Source: a virus. From it: a stretch of 64,000 nucleotides of DNA. The notes below the pieces were generated by a model, which was not told where the DNA came from, ran no database searches, and saw only the letters and a list, made by a program, of their open reading frames with translations. Location of the stretch: IMG/VR virus record IMGVR_UViG_3300032249_000480, positions 40,787-104,786 of that record; one strand, 5' to 3'. The position numbers and the translations under genes are program-made. Shown here piece after piece: positions 48,798-58,017 of this stretch (position 1 is the first letter of the stretch; every line of letters starts with the position of its first letter).

Positions 48798-49426
48798 GCA
48801 ATGTTCCAGATAATATTTACATAGATCATATAAAAAAAATTGGAAAAGATGTTAAAAATATAAATGTTTTTGAAAATTTTTTAAATGATGAAGATTATAA
48901 TTATCTGTATGAAGAATGTTTAAATTCAGAATGGTCTGAAAATTACAGGCAAAATCTTAGAAAAGATAAAACAATTTTAAGCAATAACGCAAAACAAATA
49001 TTTAAAAATGTTGCAAATATTTTAAGTAATAAAATAAAAGAAATTTATAATGTAGATGTTTCAATATCAAGTGAACCATTTTTAATAAGATGGGATATGG
49101 GTTCTGAAATGGGCGAACATATTGACGATTTTTCTGTTTTTCATTATCATTTTGCTGCTATTTTGTATTTAAATGATAACTACTCTGGAGGAGAAATATG
49201 CTTTCCAGATTATAACCTTACAATTAAACCAAAAGGAAACTCTTTAGTTTTATTTCCTGGCAATAAATATTATTCTCATGAAGTATTAAAAAATACATCT
49301 GGAGAAAGATACACTATGCCAATGTGGTTTAAGTTAAATGATTCTGATTTTCAAGGAACTGGAACTGCATTTAACCTTATAGATATAAACGATTATAAAT
49401 ATAATAATTGGGAAAACAAAATATAG
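48794..49426 (+). CDS. Prolyl-4-hydroxylase-like 2OG-Fe(II) oxygenase
   Basis: HID...ILYLNDNYSGGE...HEV...GERY. Confidence 0.88.
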   Translation: MSNVPDNIYIDHIKKIGKDVKNINVFENFLNDEDYNYLYEECLNSEWSENYRQNLRKDKTILSNNAKQIFKNVANILSNKIKEIYNVDVSISSEPFLIRWDMGSEMGEHIDDFSVFHYHFAAILYLNDNYSGGEICFPDYNLTIKPKGNSLVLFPGNKYYSHEVLKNTSGERYTMPMWFKLNDSDFQGTGTAFNLIDINDYKYNNWENKI

Positions 49427-49443
49427 AAATGGAGAAATAAATA

Positions 49444-49587
49444 ATGGGAAAGCATAACGATAAAATTAAAAAGGCATTGGAGCAAAGAATTGCTGCAACT
49501 CCTAATAAAGGTGGCTACAAGATTCCAGGATCAATGAATAAAAAGAAAACTGGATATCGTGGAATTAAGGCAAACAACGCAAGATAA
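49444..49587 (+). CDS. 47-aa basic protein (absent from ORF track)
   Basis: GGAG SD; MGKHNDKIKKALEQRIAATPNKGGYKIPGSMNKKKTGYRGIKANNAR; TAATG coupling. Confidence 0.6.
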   Translation: MGKHNDKIKKALEQRIAATPNKGGYKIPGSMNKKKTGYRGIKANNAR

Positions 49588-49775
49588 TGCCTATATACGA
49601 ATATAAATGCACTGGTTCTTGCAAAGGAATAATAGTAAAACAAAGATCAATCAAAGAAGATGATCCTGGTTATACTTGCAAAAATTGCAACTTACCACTA
49701 GAGCGTATATACTCTACTGTAGGAGCAATTTTTAATTCTACTGGATTTTATTCCACAGATAACAGAAAGAAGTGA
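49587..49775 (+). CDS. FmdB-family zinc ribbon protein
   Basis: MPIYEYKC...C..C...GFYSTDN. Confidence 0.85.
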   Translation: MPIYEYKCTGSCKGIIVKQRSIKEDDPGYTCKNCNLPLERIYSTVGAIFNSTGFYSTDNRKK

Positions 49776-49776
49776 G

Positions 49777-50034
49777 ATGACTAAGTTAATGACAGAAGAA
49801 ACCTTAGAACTTAAAGAATGGCAATTAAAGGCAACAGATAGATGTGATTCTTGTAATGCAGAAGCATTAGTTCAGGTTACTGGAATTGATGGCTCATTAA
49901 TGTTTTGTGGTCATCACTATAATAAAATCATGGATAATCCAGAAGGATACAAAAAAATGATGTCTTTTATGATTAGTATTATTGATGAACGTGATAAATT
50001 AATTGAAAATAAAGCAAAAGGAAAAGATTACTAA
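49777..50034 (+). CDS. Hypothetical Zn-binding protein
   Basis: DRCDSC...LMFCGHH. Confidence 0.7.
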   Translation: MTKLMTEETLELKEWQLKATDRCDSCNAEALVQVTGIDGSLMFCGHHYNKIMDNPEGYKKMMSFMISIIDERDKLIENKAKGKDY

Positions 50035-50441
50035 TGTACGAATATCATGTTAAATCTATTACAAATGTAGTAGATGGGGATACTATTGATGTTGATATTG
50101 ATTTAGGATTTGATATTTCATTTAGTTCAAGAGTTAGGCTGGCTGGTATTGATACACCAGAATCTAGAACAACTAACAAGGCTGAAAAAGTTCTTGGTCT
50201 TGAGTCAAAAGATTATTTAAAGAAAAAACTAAAAGATGCAAAGTCTGTTATTATTAAAACTGAAAAAATGGATTCATCTGAAAAGTATGGTCGTATTCTT
50301 GGCTGGCTTTACATTAATGGAGATACCGTTTCAGTAAATGATCACATGATTAATGATGGCTATGCTTGGGGATATCTTGGTGAAACTAAAGTTAAAGATT
50401 TTGAAGCACTAGCAAAAGTAAGAGCAAAAGTTAAAAAATGA
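50034..50441 (+). CDS. Thermonuclease (SNase-like)
   Basis: VVDGDTI, VRLAGIDTPE, KYGRILG. Confidence 0.9.
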   Translation: MYEYHVKSITNVVDGDTIDVDIDLGFDISFSSRVRLAGIDTPESRTTNKAEKVLGLESKDYLKKKLKDAKSVIIKTEKMDSSEKYGRILGWLYINGDTVSVNDHMINDGYAWGYLGETKVKDFEALAKVRAKVKK

Positions 50442-51199
50442 TTATTCAAATTATTGGTCTTCCAGGTTCTGGAAAAACAGAACTAGCAAAGGCACTTAAA
50501 GAACGTATTAACGCTATTCATCTTAATGCAGATGAAGTTCGTGCAACAGTTAACTCAGACTTAGGGTTTAGTCCAGACGATAGACTTGAGCAGGCACGAC
50601 GTATGGGAGAAATGGCAAGACTAATTTCAAAGCAGGGTATTGCTCCAGTAATCGTTGACTTTGTTTGCCCTACAGACTTAACTCGTGCAGCATTTGGAAA
50701 GCCAGACATTTTGGTATTCATGAACACGATTGAAGAAGGAAGATTTGAAGATACTAACAAGATGTTTGAAATGCCAACAAACTATGACATTGCTTTTATA
50801 AGCCATGAATGGGATGCAAATGAAAAAGCATCTGTAATCATTAATCAGTTTAGCCTACATGATTGGTCTGCACCTACAACTCTTATGCTGGGTAGGTACC
50901 AGCCATGGCACGAAGGCCACCACGCCCTTTATAAGGAGGCTGGTAAGAGAACTGACCAAGTTCTTCTTGGAGTCCGTAATACCTATAACACAAGTGAAAA
51001 GGATCCACTTAAGTTTGATCAGGTAAAAGAATATATTGCCAAAGATGAATTTATGGATGGAGCATTAGTATTAAGATTACCTAACATTACCAATATTGTT
51101 TATGGTCGTGATGTAGGATATAAAATTGAGCAAGTAGATTTGGGGGCAGATATTCATGCTATTTCGGCTACTGAAAAACGCAAGCAACTTGGTCTTTAA
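50438..51199 (+). CDS. Adenylylsulfate kinase (CysC-like) fused to HxGH nucleotidyltransferase domain
   Basis: GLPGSGKT, LNADEVR...DLGFSPDDR..ARRMGE (CysC-like); GRYQPWHEGH and ISAT (HIGH superfamily). Confidence 0.82.
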   Translation: MIIQIIGLPGSGKTELAKALKERINAIHLNADEVRATVNSDLGFSPDDRLEQARRMGEMARLISKQGIAPVIVDFVCPTDLTRAAFGKPDILVFMNTIEEGRFEDTNKMFEMPTNYDIAFISHEWDANEKASVIINQFSLHDWSAPTTLMLGRYQPWHEGHHALYKEAGKRTDQVLLGVRNTYNTSEKDPLKFDQVKEYIAKDEFMDGALVLRLPNITNIVYGRDVGYKIEQVDLGADIHAISATEKRKQLGL

Positions 51200-51279
51200 A
51201 CAAATAGAAAAGTCTGGGGAAGTCATTAATGCTGCAGATGAAAGATTAATAGCATCAACATTTGAGGAAGAAATAGATA

Positions 51280-51489
51280 ATGAAAGTTACTAGATCAAGA
51301 TCATTTGTTAAAGCATTAAGTTATCGTATATGGGGCACACTTTCATCATTTGCTGTTGCCTATGTTATTACTAAAAATGCTACACTTTCAGGAGCAATTG
51401 CATTTTGGGAAACTGTAGTTAAAATATTTATCTATTATGCACATGAACGTGGTTGGAATTATATTCAGTGGGGAAGAAAAAATGGATGA
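51280..51489 (+). CDS. DUF2061-like membrane protein (second copy)
   Basis: RSFVKALSYR...YYAHERGW..IQWG. Confidence 0.82.
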   Translation: MKVTRSRSFVKALSYRIWGTLSSFAVAYVITKNATLSGAIAFWETVVKIFIYYAHERGWNYIQWGRKNG

Positions 51490-51823
51490 AGAAGAATTAG
51501 TAGATCAAACCATTGAAAGACTTATTCTAGATGGTGCTCTTGAAATAGGTGGGGTTGATGTAGAAAATGGAGAAATCCTATACAACTTTACTGATAAACT
51601 TAAAGACGTAATGCCAGAACTATACAATGAGCATTTAAATTTTGTAAATGCAGAAATTATGTATCTTTGGGAGCGTGGATTTATTTCTATAGAAGATTTT
51701 TCTGAGGAAAATCCAAGAGTAATGGTGACAGATAAGGCATTTAATGATGAAGAAATATCACATCTTCCTAAAGATAGACAAAGGTCTTTAGAAGAGATCA
51801 AACGAATACTAAAAGTGGTATAA
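51482..51823 (+). CDS. Hypothetical acidic protein
   Basis: ATG 51482 overlapping the upstream stop region. Confidence 0.65.
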   Translation: MDEEELVDQTIERLILDGALEIGGVDVENGEILYNFTDKLKDVMPELYNEHLNFVNAEIMYLWERGFISIEDFSEENPRVMVTDKAFNDEEISHLPKDRQRSLEEIKRILKVV

Positions 51824-51830
51824 TAAAACT

Positions 51831-52901
51831 ATGCCATATCAAATAGGTTCAAAAGGTTCTAACGGATGTTCAGGATTCCCTGTCGTAGATGACAAGGGTA
51901 AAGTAATGGGATGTCACCCAACAAAATCAAAGGCAGGACGTCAAGTTCGTGCACTATATGCTTCAGGGGCAGCAAAGAAGCAACTTGGAGATGCAATTAA
52001 CTCATTAGAAAAAGACATGGTTGCAGAAGGAGATTTTGTGCTTACAGTTTCTGAAGAAGAAACTTATGTTGGCATTGTTCAGTATGTTATGAAAGATGGA
52101 ATGTTTGGTATTCCTGGATCTGAATATGCAAAAGAAGCATCATCAGAAAATCCAGTTATTCTTATTCGCACACTTGAATATGACGAAGAAGATGGTTGGG
52201 AAGAATCTGAATATTTAATTGGATCAATGTCATCTGATGTAACAAAAATTCCTGCATTGCAATTAGAAGCAAAAGAAGAAATGCAGTCAGAATCAGACAT
52301 GATGATGTCAACTGTTAAATCAGATTGTTGTCTAGATGAAGTTATTAAGCAAGCACCTTGTTGGGATGGATATGTGCAACGTGGTATGAAACCAGGCAAA
52401 GATGGAAAGCCAGTTCCAAATTGTGTTCCTGCTGCAAAAGCAGATGATCTTTATGAAGATGACGATGATGTGGTTTATGAAACAGATTTAGTATCAAAGG
52501 CTGAAGGATATTCTCCACCAGCGGGAGCAAGATCTGCTGCTCGTAGAGCAATTAAATTTAAAGAAGAAGGAAAAGCAAAAGGTGCAGGAACTATGGTTGG
52601 TTGGACTCGTGCAGGACAATTAGCAAGAGGCGAGACACTATCTCTTAGCACTGTTAAAAGAATGTATTCTTATTTCTCAAGACATGAAGTAGATAAAAAA
52701 GGTAAGGATTGGGGCAATAATGCTAATCCTTCTAATGGATATATTATGTGGCTTGCATGGGGTGGAGATGCAGGATTTGCTTGGTCAAGATCAATTGTAA
52801 ATCGTGAAACAGATAAAATGATATTTGCTAATTTTGGCAAAGAAATCACTCCAATTGAAAGATCAAACGGTATAAGAATTTTTAATCAGCCTGAAAATTA
52901 G
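51831..52901 (+). CDS. Multidomain phage protein, possible internal head protein
   Basis: Leaderless start; modules GCHPTK, CWDGY...VPNCVP, TVKRMYSYFSRHE...WLAWGGDAG separated by acidic linkers. Confidence 0.6.
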   Translation: MPYQIGSKGSNGCSGFPVVDDKGKVMGCHPTKSKAGRQVRALYASGAAKKQLGDAINSLEKDMVAEGDFVLTVSEEETYVGIVQYVMKDGMFGIPGSEYAKEASSENPVILIRTLEYDEEDGWEESEYLIGSMSSDVTKIPALQLEAKEEMQSESDMMMSTVKSDCCLDEVIKQAPCWDGYVQRGMKPGKDGKPVPNCVPAAKADDLYEDDDDVVYETDLVSKAEGYSPPAGARSAARRAIKFKEEGKAKGAGTMVGWTRAGQLARGETLSLSTVKRMYSYFSRHEVDKKGKDWGNNANPSNGYIMWLAWGGDAGFAWSRSIVNRETDKMIFANFGKEITPIERSNGIRIFNQPEN

Positions 52902-52909
52902 GGCATAAG

Positions 52910-53329
52910 ATGCTAAAATGGCTTCTTTTGGGCTTGACATTCATTAACCTTGTTGCTATACTTAAATCAAGAGTAAACAAAAAGTCTATTCTTAACAGGT
53001 ATGTTCATAGACAGAGTACTGTGCATCAAGTAGCAAAATTAATTTTGCCAAAGAACTCAGAACTTTTATCTAAAAAACCTACTCAATATAAAAACTACAT
53101 AAAGAATAAAACAATTAGAGTTATTACTGCTCCTGATGGCAATGCTTATTGGGTTAAAGATAATAAATTTTATTGTGCAGAGTATGACAATAGCGGAGAA
53201 TTTGATCCAACTCAAGCAAAAGAGATTGATGCGGGTTCTCTGTCAAAAAAAGAAATTAATAAACTCTTATTAATATTAGATAATTTGAACAGGGGAATAA
53301 GTAATGATAGTGGCAATTCAGGGCACTAA
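52910..53329 (+). CDS. Hypothetical protein with N-terminal hydrophobic anchor
   Basis: ORF track; contains an internal TTGACA-17-TATACT at 52934-52962. Confidence 0.55.
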   Translation: MLKWLLLGLTFINLVAILKSRVNKKSILNRYVHRQSTVHQVAKLILPKNSELLSKKPTQYKNYIKNKTIRVITAPDGNAYWVKDNKFYCAEYDNSGEFDPTQAKEIDAGSLSKKEINKLLLILDNLNRGISNDSGNSGH

Positions 53330-53654
53330 TGCCTTTGACGACTATAACGTTTTCTTGAGAGCAATGGGAGTTGCTATGTCTGGAATGCATGAAGAAGATA
53401 AAGAAATTTATTTGTATTCTGCTGGACCTGCAAAAGTTAACTCAATGGTTTCAGAATTTTCTAATCTTTCAGAGCGTGGGCTTAAGGCTCGTGGTAAAAA
53501 AATTAAATATTTTAAAGTTCCACAATATTGGTTAGAAGAAAACATTACTTCAATTAATTATCTTGCATTTTTAAGCAAGCCAAAGGAACCACTTTCAAAA
53601 CTTGTTACTTCTGCAGAACTTAATTCTGTTGAAGTTGGCATTTTCCGATACTAG
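53304..53654 (+). CDS. SLOG/YspA-like protein
   Basis: MIVAIQGTNAFDDY N-terminus resembles the YspA-like GxRxFxDY motif. Confidence 0.5.
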   Translation: MIVAIQGTNAFDDYNVFLRAMGVAMSGMHEEDKEIYLYSAGPAKVNSMVSEFSNLSERGLKARGKKIKYFKVPQYWLEENITSINYLAFLSKPKEPLSKLVTSAELNSVEVGIFRY

Positions 53655-53668
53655 AGAAAAGAAAAATA

Positions 53669-53875
53669 ATGATAAAAGATCTTGAAACAATGGAAAAAAT
53701 TGTTGCTAACAATAGCAACCTTTCATGGGATGGGTGGAATGTTGTAGAACTTATTCCATCAAATTCTGCAATGTTTAAAACTGACGGGGCATTTGTTAAT
53801 AACAAGTGGAACACCAAGAAAGTATACTCATACGCAGAAGAAGGGTGGGCAATTCCTAAAAAGTATGTGAGGTAG
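53669..53875 (+). CDS. Hypothetical protein
   Basis: Compact ORF in operon. Confidence 0.65.
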   Translation: MIKDLETMEKIVANNSNLSWDGWNVVELIPSNSAMFKTDGAFVNNKWNTKKVYSYAEEGWAIPKKYVR

Positions 53876-53877
53876 CC

Positions 53878-54159
53878 ATGAAACAGCATTTATGGAAAGA
53901 TGATGCAAGATGTTTAGACATGGATACTAATCTATTTTTTGAAAAGTATGAAGATGAAGAATCTTTAAGACCAGCAATAGATAGCATATGTAAACAATGC
54001 CCAGTATTAAAAACATGTTTTGCCGTAGGAATTTCCAATAAAGAGTGGGGAGTTTGGGGAGGAATCTTCATAGAAAATGGTAAAATATCTAGAGAATTTA
54101 ATAAACATAAATCTAAACAAGATTGGGGAAACACGTGGAAATCCTTAACAATGGATTAG
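53878..54159 (+). CDS. whiB: WhiB-family Fe-S transcription factor
   Basis: W...ARC...LFF...CKQCPVLKTC...GVWGG. Confidence 0.92.
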   Translation: MKQHLWKDDARCLDMDTNLFFEKYEDEESLRPAIDSICKQCPVLKTCFAVGISNKEWGVWGGIFIENGKISREFNKHKSKQDWGNTWKSLTMD

Positions 54160-54172
54160 CAGGCTGCGCCTA

Positions 54173-54412
54173 ATGGCACTTGGCTATACAGATGAAATGC
54201 GTAAGGCTTTTCATGCAATCCCAGCACCTAAAGGTTTTGGTGTTGATTTAATTGATAATACTTATTTTATTACAATTCGTATTGATGAAAAAGCATTTCT
54301 TTATTTAAATCATGATCAAAAAATGGAAGCATTTGAATATGTTATTAAAGTTCAAAAGGCTTTAGAGGCTTCAGGGGCTGTTGTTCAAGTTGTTAGAAAA
54401 CCATTAAAGTAA
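54173..54412 (+). CDS. Hypothetical protein
   Basis: TAATG-coupled to the glycosyltransferase. Confidence 0.65.
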   Translation: MALGYTDEMRKAFHAIPAPKGFGVDLIDNTYFITIRIDEKAFLYLNHDQKMEAFEYVIKVQKALEASGAVVQVVRKPLK

Positions 54413-55329
54413 TGTCAATATTTATTTCTGTTGCAAGTTATCGTGATCCACATCTTCAACTAACACTTAAAAGTGCTGTTGAAAATGCAAATAATCCTGC
54501 AGGTTTATTCTTTGGTATTGTTAATCAAGATACTGCTAGGAATGAAGTTGATTATTCCTTTTTGCCAGATTATTCTGTAATTAAAATGCATCCAAGAAAT
54601 GCAAAAGGTGTTGGCTATGCAAGAAGCAAGGCAATGTCTTTATACAATGGAGAAGATTATTTTTTACAGGTTGATTCTCATACTCAGTTTTCAAAAGACT
54701 GGGATTTAAAATCCATAAAACAATTAAAGACTGCACAGGAAATTGCAGGACATAAAAAAGTTATAATGTCCTGCTATCCTGGTCCTTATAGTTTAGATAA
54801 TAATCAGGTATTCATACATACAATATCTACAGAAGAACATCCTGTAGAGCCAATGAAGCATATTGCTAAACTAAGAGTTGACGATCAGTGGTCTGCAATC
54901 AGGGTTCCAATGGATAGTCCAAATTCTGAAAGACCAGAACTTTCTAATACAGTTCTTGGAGGATATATTTTTGCTACTGGTAATATTGTAAATGAAATTC
55001 CATATGATGAAGAAATAAGTTTTATGGGTGAAGAAATTTGTTTTGCAATGAGGGCTTGGACAAGGGGATGGGACATATATTCACCATCAATACCAATTGT
55101 TTATCATTTTTATAGAAGGCCAGGATATCCTAAAGTATGGTCTGATGATGTAGTTAGAGAACAGAACTGGGATCAACTTCAAGAAATATCAAAAGAAAAA
55201 CAAAGAAAAGTTTTATGTGGTATTGAACAAGGAATCATGGGAGCAGGATCTATTAGAACTATAAAAGATTATGAAGAATTTATAGGTTATGATTTTGAAA
55301 AAATATATAACAGGTTGACAAACAAATGA
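54412..55329 (+). CDS. GT60-like (Skp1 hydroxyproline GlcNAc-transferase-like) glycosyltransferase
   Basis: IFISVASYRDP, GVGYAR, YFLQVDSHTQF..DWD, FMGEE...RAWTRGWDIYSP...YHFY. Confidence 0.82.
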   Translation: MSIFISVASYRDPHLQLTLKSAVENANNPAGLFFGIVNQDTARNEVDYSFLPDYSVIKMHPRNAKGVGYARSKAMSLYNGEDYFLQVDSHTQFSKDWDLKSIKQLKTAQEIAGHKKVIMSCYPGPYSLDNNQVFIHTISTEEHPVEPMKHIAKLRVDDQWSAIRVPMDSPNSERPELSNTVLGGYIFATGNIVNEIPYDEEISFMGEEICFAMRAWTRGWDIYSPSIPIVYHFYRRPGYPKVWSDDVVREQNWDQLQEISKEKQRKVLCGIEQGIMGAGSIRTIKDYEEFIGYDFEKIYNRLTNK

Positions 55330-55366
55330 TATACATGTACAATATATATATAGAGATAGGGTAAAA

Positions 55367-55735
55367 ATGCTAACAGCACTTATTGTTACAATAATCCTTG
55401 CTTTGTTATTTTTTGCAAAAGGTTTACAATTGGCTATGCGACTAAACAAATTAAAAGAATTAGTTGCAATACAGGAAGTAAAAATAGAGGCTAACTCTGA
55501 TCCAGTTAAAGAAGACTTTTTAAAATTTGTGTCTGATTCTCGTGAATGGGCATTTGAATATATAGAAGAAGTTCAAATTGCATTAAACAATTTTAAAGAA
55601 AAAGTTGAACCACAGATTGAATATTTTGATAAATACGGAGATGTTCTTTCTAACCAAAGGCCAGATTATGAATCAATGAAAAAAATTTCTCAGGCATATA
55701 AAGAACTAATACTTATATTGCCAGAGAATAAATAG
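55367..55735 (+). CDS. Membrane-anchored hypothetical protein
   Basis: N-terminal TM; TTGACA-17-TACAAT promoter at 55315-55343. Confidence 0.65.
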   Translation: MLTALIVTIILALLFFAKGLQLAMRLNKLKELVAIQEVKIEANSDPVKEDFLKFVSDSREWAFEYIEEVQIALNNFKEKVEPQIEYFDKYGDVLSNQRPDYESMKKISQAYKELILILPENK

Positions 55736-55744
55736 GGGGATAAA

Positions 55745-55903
55745 ATGAAAGACATTATACTATCAACACTAACAGGTTTTGGATGTGGCGTTGTTTTCGC
55801 AGCATTCAAATTGCCAGTACCAGCACCACCAGTTTTTGCGGGAGTCGCAGGAATTATTGGTTTATGGATTGGCTTCACAATACTAACACGAGTTATATCC
55901 TAG
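55745..55903 (+). CDS. XapX-like (DUF1427) small membrane protein (absent from ORF track)
   Basis: MKDIILSTLTGFGCGVVFAAFKLPVPAPPVFAGVAGIIGLWIG. Confidence 0.75.
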   Translation: MKDIILSTLTGFGCGVVFAAFKLPVPAPPVFAGVAGIIGLWIGFTILTRVIS

Positions 55904-55912
55904 GAGGAAATA

Positions 55913-56179
55913 ATGAATAAAGCACAACTACAAGCACTACTAGCATCATACGGACGATCAGTTCTTGGTGCAGGTCTTGCACTATACATGTCTGGGGTAA
56001 CAGACCCTAAGACACTGGCATATTCTCTAATTGCTGCTCTTGCACCAGTTGCATTAAGAGCAATTAATCCAAACGACACAGCATTTGGTCGTTTGCCAGA
56101 TGCCTCAACAGTTGAAGCAGCAGTAAAGAATGTTAAGGTAAAGAAGGCTCCTGCAAAGAAAGCAGCAGCAAAGAAGTAA
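55913..56179 (+). CDS. Small membrane protein, holin candidate, with Lys/Ala tail
   Basis: AGGAGG SD; two hydrophobic helices; NPNDTAFG; KKAPAKKAAAKK. Confidence 0.55.
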   Translation: MNKAQLQALLASYGRSVLGAGLALYMSGVTDPKTLAYSLIAALAPVALRAINPNDTAFGRLPDASTVEAAVKNVKVKKAPAKKAAAKK

Positions 56180-56192
56180 TTTAATTACTTAT

Positions 56193-56226
56193 AAGATAGC
56201 CAGTCCACAACGGGCTGGCTTTTCTT
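56193..56226. terminator. Bidirectional terminator between convergent arms
   Basis: agccagtcc-acaac-gggctggct with A/T-rich flanks. Confidence 0.8.
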
Positions 56227-57259
56227 ATTTATTCATAATATATTCGTAACGCTCTTTAAGATTTTTAGGATCAAAGTTAAAACATCCTAATCTAAAGGCT
56301 TCTTTTTTTGCTACTTCTTGATCATTGCTATTAGCATAATTATCAACTAATTCAGCCAACTTAATAATATCAGGCTCATAAACATCAACAACAACTCTAG
56401 CCTTAAATTCTCCTATTTTATTAGCAGGCACCACCCATTCCTCTGGAAGCACGGTATTGTTAGGAGAAATATCAGTCATAAACACAGGAAGACCACTCAT
56501 AAGAGCCTCATTCATAGGCAAACAAAGTCCTCCATAGCGTCTAGGAAGGATTAGAGCGTCAAACCCACTGTATAGGTCCTCTTGATTCTCTAAGTCCCTA
56601 CAATCAATTGTAATGCGTGGATCTTTTATCTCAATATCTAGTGGTTCTTGTGTTCTTATTACCAATTCATAATCAGCCTTGGAATACCTTAACATTTCTA
56701 TAACACTCTCAGTGCCGTTTCTATCTTTTGTTGCTGCCGTACCCAAAATATGCAAAAATCTTTTATGTTTTTTAGATAAATTATTTTCTCTAGCATTTTT
56801 AAAATTGTCTGGATTTGTTGGTGGAGGCAGATGAGTTAGTTTAGTTTGATGACCAAATACTCTTGCAACTTCATCAAAACCCCAAAGACTAGGACTAAGC
56901 AGATGATATGCCAATGGCTTATATTGATCCATCATATTTTCAAAAAATTCATAATTATATTGTTGAAAAGTTTTAACACCATAGCGCCCAGCAAGTGCAA
57001 CAAAATCTTTATGATAAAAAGTTTCGCATGTTAAAATAGCATCTAAACCTTGAATAAATCTTTTGCATGAATTAATATCTGGATAACCATATTGATCTTG
57101 AACGTTATAACCTTCATACCATTCTGGATGTTGTTTTTTCTTTTTAAATTCTGAAAAATCAATAAGCAAAACTTTCTCAGGATTCAACATGTGTACAAGT
57201 TCCCTTGTTTGATTACCAAGTCCACTATTGTCTGATCTTGCTATAATTCCTAATCTCAT
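56225..57259 (-). CDS. GT-B (GT4-like) glycosyltransferase
   Basis: MRLGIIARSDNSGLG; ILPRRYGGLCLPMNEALMSGLPVF. Confidence 0.85.
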   Translation of the reverse strand: MRLGIIARSDNSGLGNQTRELVHMLNPEKVLLIDFSEFKKKKQHPEWYEGYNVQDQYGYPDINSCKRFIQGLDAILTCETFYHKDFVALAGRYGVKTFQQYNYEFFENMMDQYKPLAYHLLSPSLWGFDEVARVFGHQTKLTHLPPPTNPDNFKNARENNLSKKHKRFLHILGTAATKDRNGTESVIEMLRYSKADYELVIRTQEPLDIEIKDPRITIDCRDLENQEDLYSGFDALILPRRYGGLCLPMNEALMSGLPVFMTDISPNNTVLPEEWVVPANKIGEFKARVVVDVYEPDIIKLAELVDNYANSNDQEVAKKEAFRLGCFNFDPKNLKERYEYIMNK

Positions 57260-58017
57260 TCTGTATACCCCCATGCTTGATCATCTGCAGTAAACTTTCT
57301 TGTTCCTGCTCTGCCATCCAAATGTGCAGATCTTTTAATATTTCCTTCTGGATGATATATGTGTAGTTTGTGCATTTCCCAACCCATTTGAGAAAATTTG
57401 TTATATGGAAGTATATGATCTTGCACTGCTCCATGAAAAGTATCTTCAATAAATTCCCTATCTGGCATTATAGGCAAAATAATATCTCTATAATAGTCAA
57501 CAGTTGTAAGGTGTGGACGCTGACTCCACTGGGCTGTTTCTAAAAATTCTTCATTTAATTTAAACATTAAATGTTTGTGTGGATCAGGAATTGATGCTTC
57601 AAAATGAAATCTAATTGTTTTGCCTTGTCCTCTTTCAATAAAATTAATACATTTATCCCAATCAATTGGCTGATCTGTTACAAGTGGAGCATCTCCTTCA
57701 ACATAAAGCATTAATGGTGTTTTAATCATATTTATTGTTTTAGCCATCATAGTAGTTTGATGTGAAAAACGATCAAAAATTATAGGAAGAAGTTTTGTGT
57801 CTTCATGTAATGCTTTCCATAATATCCTATTTTTATATTCATCATAATCATTTTTTCTATTTTGTCTTTCATCTCTTAGTCCATCAATTTGTATAATAAT
57901 TTCATTTGTTGGAAAATGGTATCTAATTGACCTTAATGTTTCATCAAGAATATGTGTATCAGGATGACTAGGAAGAACAGATGTTACTACAACAATTGTT
58001 ACATCATCTTTGTTCAT
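57256..58017 (-). CDS. GT-A fold glycosyltransferase-like protein
   Basis: VTIVVVTS, IIQIDG, TPLMLYVEGD, HLDGR. Confidence 0.6.
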   Translation of the reverse strand: MNKDDVTIVVVTSVLPSHPDTHILDETLRSIRYHFPTNEIIIQIDGLRDERQNRKNDYDEYKNRILWKALHEDTKLLPIIFDRFSHQTTMMAKTINMIKTPLMLYVEGDAPLVTDQPIDWDKCINFIERGQGKTIRFHFEASIPDPHKHLMFKLNEEFLETAQWSQRPHLTTVDYYRDIILPIMPDREFIEDTFHGAVQDHILPYNKFSQMGWEMHKLHIYHPEGNIKRSAHLDGRAGTRKFTADDQAWGYTE

